From: Gemmatimonadota bacterium
Lineage (GTDB): Bacteria > Gemmatimonadota > Gemmatimonadetes > Longimicrobiales > Longimicrobiaceae
Reading direction: 5' to 3'
Length of the DNA stretch: 64,000 nucleotides
Assembly: GCA_040752145.1 (NCBI GenBank)
Contig: JBFMFL010000004.1
Span: 13,031-77,030 of the forward strand
In this document: positions 53,539 to 62,852 of the stretch, in pieces
Layout of the letters: each line of letters opens with the position of its first letter
How positions within the stretch are numbered: position 1 is the first letter of the stretch
The notes under the pieces: generated by a model
Database searches by the model: none
Seen by the model: only the letters and a program-made list of their open reading frames with translations
Told to the model about the DNA's origin: nothing
Translations under genes and position numbers: made by a program

Positions 53539-53934
53539 ATGCGTGCAAGCAAGCCGATGAGCCCGGCCGACCCGCAGGCGGGGAGCGACCTCTGCGAGGT
53601 CCAGTGCGTGGACGAGGTCAAGGTCCGCCGCGCCCGGAACGAGATGAAGCCCGCGCCGACGCTGGCCGCGCTCGCGGAAACGTTCAAGGTGCTGGGCGAC
53701 CCCACCCGCCTCTCGATCGTGTGGGCGCTCTCGCGGGAGGAGCTGTGCGTCTGCGACCTCGCCAACGTCCTCGGCATGTCGCAGTCCGCCGTCTCCCACT
53801 CGCTCCGCGCGCTCCGGCAGCTCCGGCTGGTGCGCTACCGCAAGGCGGGCAAGATCGCCTACTACACCCTCGACGACGCGCACATCGCCCACCTCCTGGA
53901 GGAGGGTGTCCGGCACGTGGAGGAGGCGCCGTGA
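53539..53934 (+). CDS. ArsR/SmtB-family metalloregulator
   Basis: 'FKVLGDPTRLSIVWALSREELCVCDLANVLGMSQSAVSHSLRALR': the wHTH with the CVC motif typical of CadC/SmtB-type sensors. An N-terminal 'CEVQC' pair is also present. GAAGGAG RBS. Confidence 0.85.
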   Translation: MRASKPMSPADPQAGSDLCEVQCVDEVKVRRARNEMKPAPTLAALAETFKVLGDPTRLSIVWALSREELCVCDLANVLGMSQSAVSHSLRALRQLRLVRYRKAGKIAYYTLDDAHIAHLLEEGVRHVEEAP

Positions 53935-54377
53935 CCGCCGTGGTCCGGGTCTCCACGCACCTGGACGCGCCGGCGGCGCGGGCGTGGGAGCTCGCCCGCC
54001 GCAGCGACACCTTCCGCTACGTCACCCGTGGGTTCCTGGGCTTCCGCAGCCCCGAGCCGCTCCCCGAGGTCTGGCGGGAGGGCCGCAGCGCGCGCGGGCG
54101 CCTGGTCTTCTTCCACCTGGTGCCGGCCTGGACGCACGAGATCCGGATCGCCTCGGTGGACGCCCACGCCCGGGAGATCCGCACCCACGAGACGGGCGGC
54201 CCGGTCACGGCCTGGAGCCACCGCATCCGCGTCCGGCCCGACGGCGAGGGATCCCGGTACACGGACGAGGTCCGGATCAGCGCGGGCCTGCTGACCCCGC
54301 TGGTCTGGCTGCACGCCCAGCTCTTCTTCCGCTACCGGCAGATGCGCTGGAGGCGCCTGGTGCGGAGGCCCGCGTGA
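53931..54377 (+). CDS. SRPBCC (START/polyketide-cyclase-like) family protein
   Basis: GTG start overlapping the ArsR stop. 'VRVSTHLDAPAARAWELARRSDTFRYVTRGFLGF...'. Confidence 0.55.
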   Translation: MTAVVRVSTHLDAPAARAWELARRSDTFRYVTRGFLGFRSPEPLPEVWREGRSARGRLVFFHLVPAWTHEIRIASVDAHAREIRTHETGGPVTAWSHRIRVRPDGEGSRYTDEVRISAGLLTPLVWLHAQLFFRYRQMRWRRLVRRPA

Positions 54378-56764
54378 GCGGCGCCGCGGCGGGCTGGGCG
54401 CGGGCGGCGGGAGCCGGCCGGCCGGACGGAACGTGCACGCTGACCGTCTCCGGGATGGACTGCGGCAGCTGCGCGGCCAGCGTGGACCGGGCACTCCGCA
54501 GCCTGGATGGGGTGCAGGACGTGCGCGTGGACGTGATGGGCGGCAAGGTCACGGTCGAGTACGCCGAGGGGAAGCTGGCGCGCGGCGACCTGACCGGCGC
54601 CATCACCCGCGTGGGCTACCGGGTCCAGGACGACGCCCCGGTGCGCCGGGAGGTGTTCGAGGTCGAGGGGATGGACTGCGCCGACGAGGTGCGGCTGATC
54701 GAGGGGAAGCTCGGCAGCCTCCCGGGGGTCGCGCGCCTCGGCTTCGACGTGGTGAACCGGCGCCTCACGGTGGCGGGGGAGATCGCCGCGGGCGAGGTGG
54801 AGCGCGCCGTCGCGCAGCTCGGGATGCGGGCGCTGCTGGTGGGCGAGGAGCGGGCGGAGGCCGCCTGGTGGGAGCGCCGGGGGCGGATTGTGCTGGCCGC
54901 GGTCTCGGGCGTGTTCTGGCTGAGCTCGCTGGTGGCGGAGCACGCGCTGGAGAGCCATGCGCTGGCCGCGGCTCTCGCCGTGGGCGCCATCGTCGCGGGC
55001 GGGTGGCACATCGTCCCGCGCGGCGTGCGTGCGGCGCTGAACCGCGCGCTCGACATGAACTTCCTGATGAGCGTCGCCGCGGTGGGCGCCGTGCTGATCG
55101 GGGAGTACGAGGAGGGTGCCTCGGCGATGTTCCTGTTCGCGGTCGCGCAGCTCCTGGAGACGTACTCGATGGACCGGGCCCGGAACGCGATCAGGGCCCT
55201 GATGGACCTGAGCCCGGCCGAGGCGACGGTGCTGCGGGAGGGACGCGAGGAGCGCGTCCCCGTGGACCGGGTGGAGCCGGGGGAGACGGTGGTGGTGCGC
55301 CCGGGCGAGAAGATCCCGGTGGACGGCACCGTGCTCACCGGCCGCTCGGGCGTGGACCAGGCGCCGATCACCGGCGAGTCGATGCCGGTGGACAAGGAGC
55401 CGGGGGCGGAGGTGTTCGCCGGGTCGCTGAACGGCGAGGGCGCGCTGGAAGTGCGCTCCACCAGGCCGGCGTCCGACACCACGCTGGCCCGCATCATCCA
55501 CGCGGTGGAGGAGGCGCAGGCCAGCCGCGCCCCGAGCCAGGCGTTCGTGGACCGGTTCGCCCGCGTCTACACGCCCGCCGTGGTCGCGCTGGCGCTGCTG
55601 GTCCTGGTGGTGCCCCCGCTCGCCGGGTGGGGGAGCTGGGCCACCTGGATCTACCGCGCGCTCGCCCTGCTGGTGGTGGCCTGTCCCTGTGCGCTGGTGA
55701 TCTCGACCCCGGTGACCATCGTCTCCGCGCTGGCCGGCGGCGCGCGGCGGGGCATCCTCATCAAGGGCGGGCTGCACCTGGAGAACGCCGGCCGCGTCCG
55801 CGTGGTCGCGCTGGACAAGACCGGGACGCTGACGGAGGGCCGGCCGGAGGTGGTGGAGGTGGTGCCGCTGGACGGCACGGACCCCGCGGAGGTGGTCGCG
55901 CTGGCCGCGGCCGCGGAGGCGCGCAGCCAGCACCCGCTCGCCCGGGCGGTGCTCCGGCACGCGGAGCAACTCGGCGTCGCGTTCCGGCCCGCCGCGGACG
56001 TGCAGGCCGTCACCGGCAAGGGGCTCCGGGCGCGGGTGGGCCAGGAGACGGTCCACCTGGGGAACGAGCGGCTGTTCGCCGAGCTGGGCGCGCTGGACGC
56101 CGCGGCGCGCTCGGCCCTGGAGGCGCAGGCCGCGGGCGGGCGCACGGCCGTGCTGGTGGGGACGGCGGCGGGGGAGGGAGGACCCGTGCGGGTCCGCGGG
56201 ATCATCGGGATCGCGGACCGGGTGCGCCCGGGGGCCGCGGACGCGCTGCGGGCCCTGCACCGCGCGGGGATCGCGCGGGTGGTGATGCTGACCGGCGACA
56301 ACCAGGGGACGGCGCGCGCCGTGGCGGCGTCGCTGGGCGGGCCGGGCGCGGGGGTGGACGAGTTCCGGGCCGAGCTGCTCCCCGAGGACAAGACCGCGGC
56401 GGTGGAGGAGCTGCGCCGGGCGCACGGCGCGGTGCTCTTCGTGGGCGACGGGGTCAACGACGCGCCCGCGCTGGCCGCGGCCGACGTGGGCGTGGCGATG
56501 GGCGCGGGCGGGACCGACGTGGCGCTGGAGACCGCAGACATCGCGCTGATGGCGGACGACCTCTCGAAGCTGGCGACCACGATCCGGCTCGCGCGCAAGG
56601 CGGAGCGGATCATCCGCGCGAACATCGCCTTCTCCCTGCTCACCAAGGCGGCGTTCGTGATCCTGGCGGTGCTCGGCCACGCGACGCTCTGGATGGCGGT
56701 GGCCGCCGACATGGGGGCGAGCCTGCTGGTGGTGATGAACGGGCTCCGGGCCCTCCGAACGTGA
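54374..56764 (+). CDS. cadA: Heavy-metal (Zn/Cd/Pb-type) P1B ATPase
   Basis: Two HMA domains ('GMDCGSCAASV' and 'GMDCADEVRLIE'), TM 'CPC' motif ('VVACPCALVIS'), 'DKTGTLT', 'GDGVNDAPAL' and 'TGES'. GTG start overlaps the previous stop. Confidence 0.9.
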   Translation: MSGAAAGWARAAGAGRPDGTCTLTVSGMDCGSCAASVDRALRSLDGVQDVRVDVMGGKVTVEYAEGKLARGDLTGAITRVGYRVQDDAPVRREVFEVEGMDCADEVRLIEGKLGSLPGVARLGFDVVNRRLTVAGEIAAGEVERAVAQLGMRALLVGEERAEAAWWERRGRIVLAAVSGVFWLSSLVAEHALESHALAAALAVGAIVAGGWHIVPRGVRAALNRALDMNFLMSVAAVGAVLIGEYEEGASAMFLFAVAQLLETYSMDRARNAIRALMDLSPAEATVLREGREERVPVDRVEPGETVVVRPGEKIPVDGTVLTGRSGVDQAPITGESMPVDKEPGAEVFAGSLNGEGALEVRSTRPASDTTLARIIHAVEEAQASRAPSQAFVDRFARVYTPAVVALALLVLVVPPLAGWGSWATWIYRALALLVVACPCALVISTPVTIVSALAGGARRGILIKGGLHLENAGRVRVVALDKTGTLTEGRPEVVEVVPLDGTDPAEVVALAAAAEARSQHPLARAVLRHAEQLGVAFRPAADVQAVTGKGLRARVGQETVHLGNERLFAELGALDAAARSALEAQAAGGRTAVLVGTAAGEGGPVRVRGIIGIADRVRPGAADALRALHRAGIARVVMLTGDNQGTARAVAASLGGPGAGVDEFRAELLPEDKTAAVEELRRAHGAVLFVGDGVNDAPALAAADVGVAMGAGGTDVALETADIALMADDLSKLATTIRLARKAERIIRANIAFSLLTKAAFVILAVLGHATLWMAVAADMGASLLVVMNGLRALRT

Positions 56765-56821
56765 CGCCGTCCACAGGTTCCCACCGTGCTTCGTGACCCG
56801 AACCGCTACGGTAGCCCTGGC

Positions 56822-57160
56822 ATGACGTTCCTGCCCATCGCAAAGTCCGTCCTGCTGTTCGTCCTCGCCGGCCTCATGGAGATCGGCGGCGGCTACCTGG
56901 TCTGGCTCTGGCTGCGGGAGAGCCGGGCCTGGACACTGGGCGCGCTCGGCGGATTTCTGCTGTTCCTCTACGGCGTCGTGCCCACGCTTCAGCCGGCGTC
57001 CTTCGGACGCGTGTACGCGGCCTATGGGGGCGTCTTCGTGGTGCTCTCGGTTCTCTGGGGGTGGCGGGTGGACGGAGTCCGTCCCGACCGGCCGGAGGTG
57101 GTCGGGGCACTGATCTGCCTGGTGGGCGTGGCCGTGATTATGTACTGGCCCCGCTCCTGA
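56822..57160 (+). CDS. ynfA: YnfA-family (UPF0060) small membrane protein
   Basis: '[19 protein letters not shown]...[21 protein letters not shown]' is characteristic of the YnfA family. Confidence 0.8.
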   Translation: MTFLPIAKSVLLFVLAGLMEIGGGYLVWLWLRESRAWTLGALGGFLLFLYGVVPTLQPASFGRVYAAYGGVFVVLSVLWGWRVDGVRPDRPEVVGALICLVGVAVIMYWPRS

Positions 57161-57323
57161 GATTCTCGCTGACCCTATAACTCCAAGAGTAACACCGGGG
57201 TAGCACCGGGCCGGGGGCGCGCGATGTTGCTCTTCCGATCCAGCGTGGGCCCTCCGGCTACGCCCGCGTTGGCTGACCTGCTCTTGACGGGGCGGCGCAG
57301 GGGGCGTACTCTGTCGCGGACAG

Positions 57324-57343
57324 TTGAGATTGATTCTCAATCA
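57324..57343. promoter_or_regulatory. Fur-box-like overlapping palindromes upstream of the hmuY-receptor operon
   Basis: TTGAGATTGATTCTCAATCA contains TTGAGA-N5-TCTCAA and GATTGA-N3-TCAATC. It is AT-rich in a GC-rich genome and lies 24-43 nt upstream of ATG 57367. Confidence 0.45.
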
Positions 57344-57366
57344 CGTCCGTTCCATAAGGAGTTCCC

Positions 57367-57978
57367 ATGCCCATCCCCTCGTTCGTCGGCTCCGCTCCCC
57401 GGCTGATCGGAGCCGCAGGTGCCGCACTGGTCCTGGCCGCCTGCGACGGCGGCCTCACCGACGCCGCTCCGGTCGACCCCGGCGCCACGCTCACCGTGGA
57501 CGCCTCCAGCGCGACCGCCTGGGCCCTCGTGGACCTGGGCAGCCCCGCCCGGCTCGTGCAGGCTGCGGATCCCGCGTCCTCCCCGGCCTGGGACATCGCC
57601 TTCCGCACGACCGCCGTCACGGTGAACGGCGGGACGAGCGGTCCGGCCGACGTGGTGGCCTACTGCGTCTGCCAGAACGAGAGCGCCACGAACGAGCAGG
57701 TGAAGACCATGACGCCGGAGTCGGAGTTGGCGGACTTCCAGGCCGTCACCCGGGCGCAGATCCCCGCGGCGGGCGCGGCGTGGTCGGCCGCGGCGCTCGA
57801 CCAGAAGAAGTGGTACCGCTACAACATCACCGGGAGCGACCACCAGGTCTGGCCGACCCACGACGTCTACCTGGTGAAGCGGGGGGAGGAGGTCTACAAG
57901 GTCCAGCTCACCGGCTACTACGGCGCGGACGGCAAGCCGCGCCAGATCACCTTCCGCTACGCCAAGCTGGCCGGCTAA
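57367..57978 (+). CDS. hmuY: HmuY-family lipoprotein
   Basis: Lipobox 'LVLAAC'. 'WDIAFRTTAVTVNGGTSG' and 'WYRYN....H.V.P...VY.VK...G.vYK' are typical of the HmuY family. Confidence 0.7.
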   Translation: MPIPSFVGSAPRLIGAAGAALVLAACDGGLTDAAPVDPGATLTVDASSATAWALVDLGSPARLVQAADPASSPAWDIAFRTTAVTVNGGTSGPADVVAYCVCQNESATNEQVKTMTPESELADFQAVTRAQIPAAGAAWSAAALDQKKWYRYNITGSDHQVWPTHDVYLVKRGEEVYKVQLTGYYGADGKPRQITFRYAKLAG

Positions 57979-57990
57979 AAGGAGGACGCG

Positions 57991-60111
57991 ATGCGAGTCA
58001 TCCGATCCGCCCGGCGCACCCTCCTCCTGCTGGCCCTCGGGCTGGGCGGGGCGGGGGCGTTGCGGGCACAGTCCGCCGGGGAGCTGCGGGGGCGGGTGGT
58101 GGAGGCCGGCTCCGGGGCCCCCGTGGCGGGCGCCTCGGTCCGGACCGACGGCCCGGCCGCCGGCTCCGCCACGACCGACGCCGACGGGAGGTGGAGCGTC
58201 GGGCCGCTCCCCCCCGGCGAGCACCGCGTCCACGTCGGGCACCTGGGGTTCGCCGGGCGCACGGTCGTCGTGGCGGTGCCCCGGCCGGATGGCGCGGAGC
58301 TGACGGTGGCGCTCACGCCGGAGGCGCTGCCGCTGGACGCGGTGGTGGTCACGGCCAGCCGGCGCATGCAGCGGCTGGCGGACGCGCCGGTCGCCACCGA
58401 GCTGATCACCCGCCGCGAGATCGAGCAGGCGGGGGTCTCCGACCTCTCGTCGGTGCTGGTGCAGCGCCTGGGCATCCAGCTCGAAGGCGGCCACCCCGCC
58501 GGCGAGGGGGTCATGCTGCAGGGGCTCGGCTCGGAGCGCGTGCTGGTCCTGCTGGACGGCCAGCCGATGGTCGGGCGGATCAGCGGCCAGGTCGACCTCT
58601 CGCGCATCCCCACCTCCATGGTGGAGCGGGTGGAGGTGGTGAAGGGGCCGCAGTCCTCCCTCTACGGCTCGGAGGCGATGGGCGGGGTGGTGAACGTGAT
58701 CACGCGGCGGGCCCCGTCCGGGGGCTGGGACGCCGGCGTGGACCTCACGGCGGGGACGCAGGGCCGGGCGGACCTGTCCGGCACGCTGCGGGGGACGGTG
58801 GGATCCTTCCAGTACCTGGCGGACGCGGGGCGGCGCTCGACGGAGCTCACCCCCGGGATGGCCGAGACGCAGGGCGCCCTGGCGGAGCGCTGGGACGGGC
58901 TCTTCAAGCTCGGCTGGGCGCCGGATTCCGCACTGCGCGTGGAGGCGAGCGCGGTGGTGCTGGACGAGCGGCAGCGCTGGCAGGGCGGCCAGCTCTTCAC
59001 CTTCGCGGACAACACCCAGTGGAGCGCCCGGGTGGGGGCGGACTGGACGCGCGGCGCGCACCGCCTGGCGCCGGCGCTGTACTGGACCGGGTTCGACCAC
59101 CTCTCCCGCCGCGCCACCGCGGCGCGGCCGGTGGACGGGACGGGCGAGGAGGAGCTCCAGCGCCTCCTCGAGGGCGAGCTGCTCTACAACCTGGCGCTGG
59201 GCCGGCACGCCCTGGACCTGGGCGTGGAGGCGAAGCGGGAGGAGATCTCCTCGGACCGCGTGCGGGGGCGGGACCGCGCCCTGCACGCGGTGGAGCCGTT
59301 CGCGCAGGCGACCTGGGCGCTCGGCGGGTGGCAGCTCGTCCCGGGGGCGCGCCTCTCCTGGAGCGAGCAGTGGGGGACGCACTTCACCCCCCGCCTGGCG
59401 GCGCTCTTCCGGCCGGTCCCCTCGCTGGCGCTCCGGGGCTCGGTGGGGCGCGGCTACCGCGCGCCCGGCTTCAAGGAGCTGTACATGGAGTTCCTGAACC
59501 TGGGCGCCGGCACCGGCTACACGGTGCGCGGCAACCCGGACCTGCGGCCGGAGACCTCCACCAACCTCTCGCTGGGCGCCGAGTGGTCCGCCGGGACGGG
59601 GTACCTGCGCGGACAGCTCTTCCACAACCGGTTCGAGGACTTCGTCGAGACCCGCCTGGCGGGGGACTCCAGCGGGGTCGCCTTCTACACCTACGGCAAC
59701 ATCGCCGACGGCTCCACCCGCGGCGCCGAGCTGGAGGCGGGCGTCTCCCGCGGCGGGCTGCGCGCGGAAGCCGGCTACGGCTACCTGGACGCGCGCGAGT
59801 CGGGGACCGACGCCCCCCTCCTCGGCCGTCCGGCGCACTCGGGGCGGCTCTCGCTGGAGTACGCGCTCCCCGGGGGGCCGCGCACGGCGCTCAGCGGCGT
59901 CTACACGGGCGAGACCCCGGTGCGCCGGACGGAGGCCGGGGTGGTCGAGCGCGACGGCTTCCTGCGCTTCGACGCGCGGATCGCGCAGGCGCTCCCGCGC
60001 GGGATCGAGCTCTCGCTGGGGGCGCGGAACCTCTTCGACGCGCGCCCCGAGGAGTGGCCGGGCTTCACGGGCAGGCACCTCTACCTGGGGCTCGGGTGGC
60101 GGACGGATTGA
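57991..60111 (+). CDS. TonB-dependent receptor with an N-terminal carboxypeptidase-regulatory-like domain
   Basis: 'GELRGRVVEAGSGAPVAGASVRTDG' (CarboxypepD_reg-like). Plug domain 'VVVTASRR...Q...D.P....' with 'GSERVLVLLDGQP'. C-terminal beta-barrel with a terminal aromatic ('LGLGWRTD'). Confidence 0.85.
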   Translation: MRVIRSARRTLLLLALGLGGAGALRAQSAGELRGRVVEAGSGAPVAGASVRTDGPAAGSATTDADGRWSVGPLPPGEHRVHVGHLGFAGRTVVVAVPRPDGAELTVALTPEALPLDAVVVTASRRMQRLADAPVATELITRREIEQAGVSDLSSVLVQRLGIQLEGGHPAGEGVMLQGLGSERVLVLLDGQPMVGRISGQVDLSRIPTSMVERVEVVKGPQSSLYGSEAMGGVVNVITRRAPSGGWDAGVDLTAGTQGRADLSGTLRGTVGSFQYLADAGRRSTELTPGMAETQGALAERWDGLFKLGWAPDSALRVEASAVVLDERQRWQGGQLFTFADNTQWSARVGADWTRGAHRLAPALYWTGFDHLSRRATAARPVDGTGEEELQRLLEGELLYNLALGRHALDLGVEAKREEISSDRVRGRDRALHAVEPFAQATWALGGWQLVPGARLSWSEQWGTHFTPRLAALFRPVPSLALRGSVGRGYRAPGFKELYMEFLNLGAGTGYTVRGNPDLRPETSTNLSLGAEWSAGTGYLRGQLFHNRFEDFVETRLAGDSSGVAFYTYGNIADGSTRGAELEAGVSRGGLRAEAGYGYLDARESGTDAPLLGRPAHSGRLSLEYALPGGPRTALSGVYTGETPVRRTEAGVVERDGFLRFDARIAQALPRGIELSLGARNLFDARPEEWPGFTGRHLYLGLGWRTD

Positions 60112-60185
60112 AACCGCCCGCCCTTCCCACACGTGCCAGGATCCCGTGCGGGACCTGGAGAACCAGACCAACGAGGACACCGTTC

Positions 60186-61109
60186 ATGTTTTCACAGCTT
60201 CGCAGGATCGCGGCCGCCCTGGCCGTCCTCCTTGCCGCGCCCCCGGCGCTCCACGCCCAGGCGGCGAAGCCGGTGGGCACCCTGCTGATCGCGCACGGCG
60301 GCGGGCCCGCCTGGGACGCGCAGGTGCAGACCGTCGCCTCGATGGTCAACACCGGCGGCCCGGTGGAGGTGAGCTTCCTGATGGGGCCGGGCGCGAAGAC
60401 GCACCGCTTCCAGGACGCCGCGCGACGCCTGGCGGAGAAGGGGGCGGGCGAGATCGTGGTGGTGCCGCTCCTGGTCTCCAGCCACAGCGGCCACTACCAG
60501 CAGATCCGCTACCTGGCGGGGCAGACCGATTCCCTGGACGCGCAGATGCACCACCACCTGCACATGGGGGGGATCGAGCGTGCCGACGTGCGGGTGCCGA
60601 TCCGCCTCACGCAGGCCATCGACGACGCCCCGGAGGTGGCGCGCGTGCTCGCCGAGCGCGCCCGGGCGCTGGCGACCGCGCCCCGGGAGCAGGCGCTCTT
60701 CCTGGTGGGGCACGGGCCGAACTCCGCCGAGGACCACGCCGGGTGGATGCGCCACCTGCGCCCCGTCGCCGACAGCGTGAAGGCCGCCACCGGCTTCCGG
60801 GACGTCAAGGTCGGGCTGGTGCGGGACGACGCGCCCGCGGAGGTCCGGGCGGAGGCGGTGCGGGGCATCCGCGAGACCATCGAGCTCCAGCACCTGGCCA
60901 CGGGGAAGCCGGTGGTGGTGGTGCCGGTGCTGATCTCCACGGGGAGCGTCAGCCGGGAGAAGCTGCCCCGGGACCTCGCCGGACTCCCCATCGTCTACCG
61001 GGGCGACGCGCTCCTGCCGCACGCCGGCATGGCGCGCTGGGTGGAGGCGCGGGTGCGGGAAGGGGGGCGCGCGAGCGCGGCCCGGCCGTCGTCATCCGGG
61101 CACCACTGA
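60186..61109 (+). CDS. Secreted tandem CbiX/SirB-type chelatase-fold protein
   Basis: Signal peptide 'AAALAVLLAAPPALHAQA'. Two CbiX-like halves: 'LLIAHGGG...VVVPLLVSSHSGHY' and 'LFLVGHGPNS...VVVVPVLISTGS'. Confidence 0.65.
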   Translation: MFSQLRRIAAALAVLLAAPPALHAQAAKPVGTLLIAHGGGPAWDAQVQTVASMVNTGGPVEVSFLMGPGAKTHRFQDAARRLAEKGAGEIVVVPLLVSSHSGHYQQIRYLAGQTDSLDAQMHHHLHMGGIERADVRVPIRLTQAIDDAPEVARVLAERARALATAPREQALFLVGHGPNSAEDHAGWMRHLRPVADSVKAATGFRDVKVGLVRDDAPAEVRAEAVRGIRETIELQHLATGKPVVVVPVLISTGSVSREKLPRDLAGLPIVYRGDALLPHAGMARWVEARVREGGRASAARPSSSGHH

Positions 61110-61203
61110 GCCGTCCTCGACGCGGCGCGCGGCGCCGGACCGGGGTGGTCCCCGGGTTCGGGCGGGCGGAGGAACGCCATGCCTTTACGAAGGGTAAAAC
61201 GGC

Positions 61204-61716
61204 ATGTATTCTGAAGGTGTGTCCCGCGTACCCACGATCGAGGCCTCCCACGTGAGCAGAGAACCTTCCTCCTCGGACCGCGAGCCGCTCCGTATCCAGG
61301 ACACCGTCCGCCTGTCGGCGGACGGGCTGGCGAAGGTCCTGGGCGACCTGGAAGCCCGCGTGATGCGTACGGTCTGGCAGATCGACCGCCCAGCCACCGC
61401 GCGGACCATCCACGAGCAGGTCGTGCGCGAGCACAACGTGGCGATCCACACGACGATCACCGTCCTCAACAAGCTGGTCGAGAAGGGGCTGCTCCGCAGG
61501 GAGAAGAAGGACGACCTGCTGCACTACGAGGCGCGCTTCACCGAGGAGGAGTTCCGCTCGCAGGCCTCCCGCCGCGTGGTCGAAGGCATCCTCTCCATGG
61601 GCCCCGAAGCGGTGACCGCCTCCTTCCTCGACGTGCTGGCCGAGCACGACCCGGAGCGCCTCACCGAGCTCGCCCGCCTGATCCAGGAGCGCCTGGCCGG
61701 ACACGGGGACGGCTGA
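61204..61716 (+). CDS. BlaI/MecI/CopY-family transcriptional repressor
   Basis: 'LGDLEARVMRTVWQIDRPATARTIHEQVVREHNVAIHTTITVLNKLVEKGLLRRE' is the family wHTH. The start may lie downstream of 61204. Confidence 0.8.
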   Translation: MYSEGVSRVPTIEASHVSREPSSSDREPLRIQDTVRLSADGLAKVLGDLEARVMRTVWQIDRPATARTIHEQVVREHNVAIHTTITVLNKLVEKGLLRREKKDDLLHYEARFTEEEFRSQASRRVVEGILSMGPEAVTASFLDVLAEHDPERLTELARLIQERLAGHGDG

Positions 61717-62750
61717 TGGCGCAGGTCGCCCCCCATCGCAGCGCAGCGCTCGTGACCCGGGAGGAGGCTCACCGGCGCGTGCTGCTCCTCGGGACCGCGA
61801 CCCTCCTCGTGCTCAGCGTCGGCCCGGTCTTCGGCCACCACTTCGCCACGGGCCTGGAGCACGGTCTCCGCGGCCAGGACCACTTCGGGGCCCTCTGCCT
61901 GATCGCGCTGCACGAGCTGCTGCAGCCCGTCCACCTCCTCTTCCACGTCCTCATCGTCGCGGGCCTGCTCTATGCCGTCTACGACCGCGTGCGCGCGGCG
62001 CGGCGCGTCCGTGCGGCCCTGCGCCCGCTCGACACGGCGGTCCCGGTCGAGGGAGACCCCTTCTGGACCGCGGCCGCCGCGGTGGGCGTGGACCCGCGCC
62101 GGGTGAGCGTCGTCCAGGGGCTCCCCACGCCGGCGTTCACGGTCGGATGGCTCCGCCCCCGGATCTACGTGGCCGAGGCGCTCGCCGAGCGGCTGCAGCC
62201 CGCCGAGCTGGAGGCGCTGCTCGCGCACGAGGGCGCGCACGTGGCCCGTCGCGACCCGCTGCGCCTCTCCGCGCTCCGCTTCCTGGCGCTCGTCCTCTTC
62301 TGGATCCCGGCGCTGCGGCGCCTGGCCGACGACCTGGCGGACGAGGCGGAGGTGCAGGCGGACGACCGCGCCGCCCGCGAGCGGCCGCTCGCGCTCGCCT
62401 CCGCGATCCTCGCGCTCGCCGGGTGGCGGCAGTCGTCGCCGGCTTCGGACGACACGGTGGGGTTCGCGCAGCGCGCCAACCTCCTGGAGCGCCGCATCCG
62501 CCGCCTGGCGGGGGAGGACCCGCCGGTGGGGAGCCACGTCACGCGCCGGTCCCTGGCCGGCGCGCTGCTCGCGCTGGCGCTGGTGCTGTTCTCCGGCGCG
62601 ATCATGGCGCACCCGCTGCCCACCGAAGGCGCCGACCACCACCTCCTCCACTGCGAGCACCCCGGCCGGTCTCCGTTCACGCACCTGTTCTGCTTCCCGC
62701 AGGCGCTGCGCATGGAGGGCGACCTCTGTCCGCACGCCCGCAGGGCGTGA
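61716..62750 (+). CDS. M56 (BlaR1-like) zinc metalloprotease lacking a penicillin-binding sensor, with His/Cys-rich termini
   Basis: 'LLAHEGAHVARRDPL' HExxH motif after the TM segments. C-terminal tail 'AHPLPTEGADHHLLHCEHPGRSPFTHLFCFPQALRMEGDLCPH'. The TGATG overlaps the repressor gene. Confidence 0.75.
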   Translation: MAQVAPHRSAALVTREEAHRRVLLLGTATLLVLSVGPVFGHHFATGLEHGLRGQDHFGALCLIALHELLQPVHLLFHVLIVAGLLYAVYDRVRAARRVRAALRPLDTAVPVEGDPFWTAAAAVGVDPRRVSVVQGLPTPAFTVGWLRPRIYVAEALAERLQPAELEALLAHEGAHVARRDPLRLSALRFLALVLFWIPALRRLADDLADEAEVQADDRAARERPLALASAILALAGWRQSSPASDDTVGFAQRANLLERRIRRLAGEDPPVGSHVTRRSLAGALLALALVLFSGAIMAHPLPTEGADHHLLHCEHPGRSPFTHLFCFPQALRMEGDLCPHARRA

Positions 62751-62852
62751 CGCACCGTGCCCGCGGCCGCCGGCCTTGCGGCGGCCGGAACCTGCACATA
62801 GGCTGTGGGGGTATCAGGATCCGATTCGGGTGAACGGCGCACGGGAGGAGCC

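Noticed and set aside
57161-57366. Cobalamin or other riboswitch upstream of the TonB-dependent receptor operon
   Set aside because: No B12-box-like or other conserved riboswitch core could be recognised. Only the Fur-like palindrome stands out.
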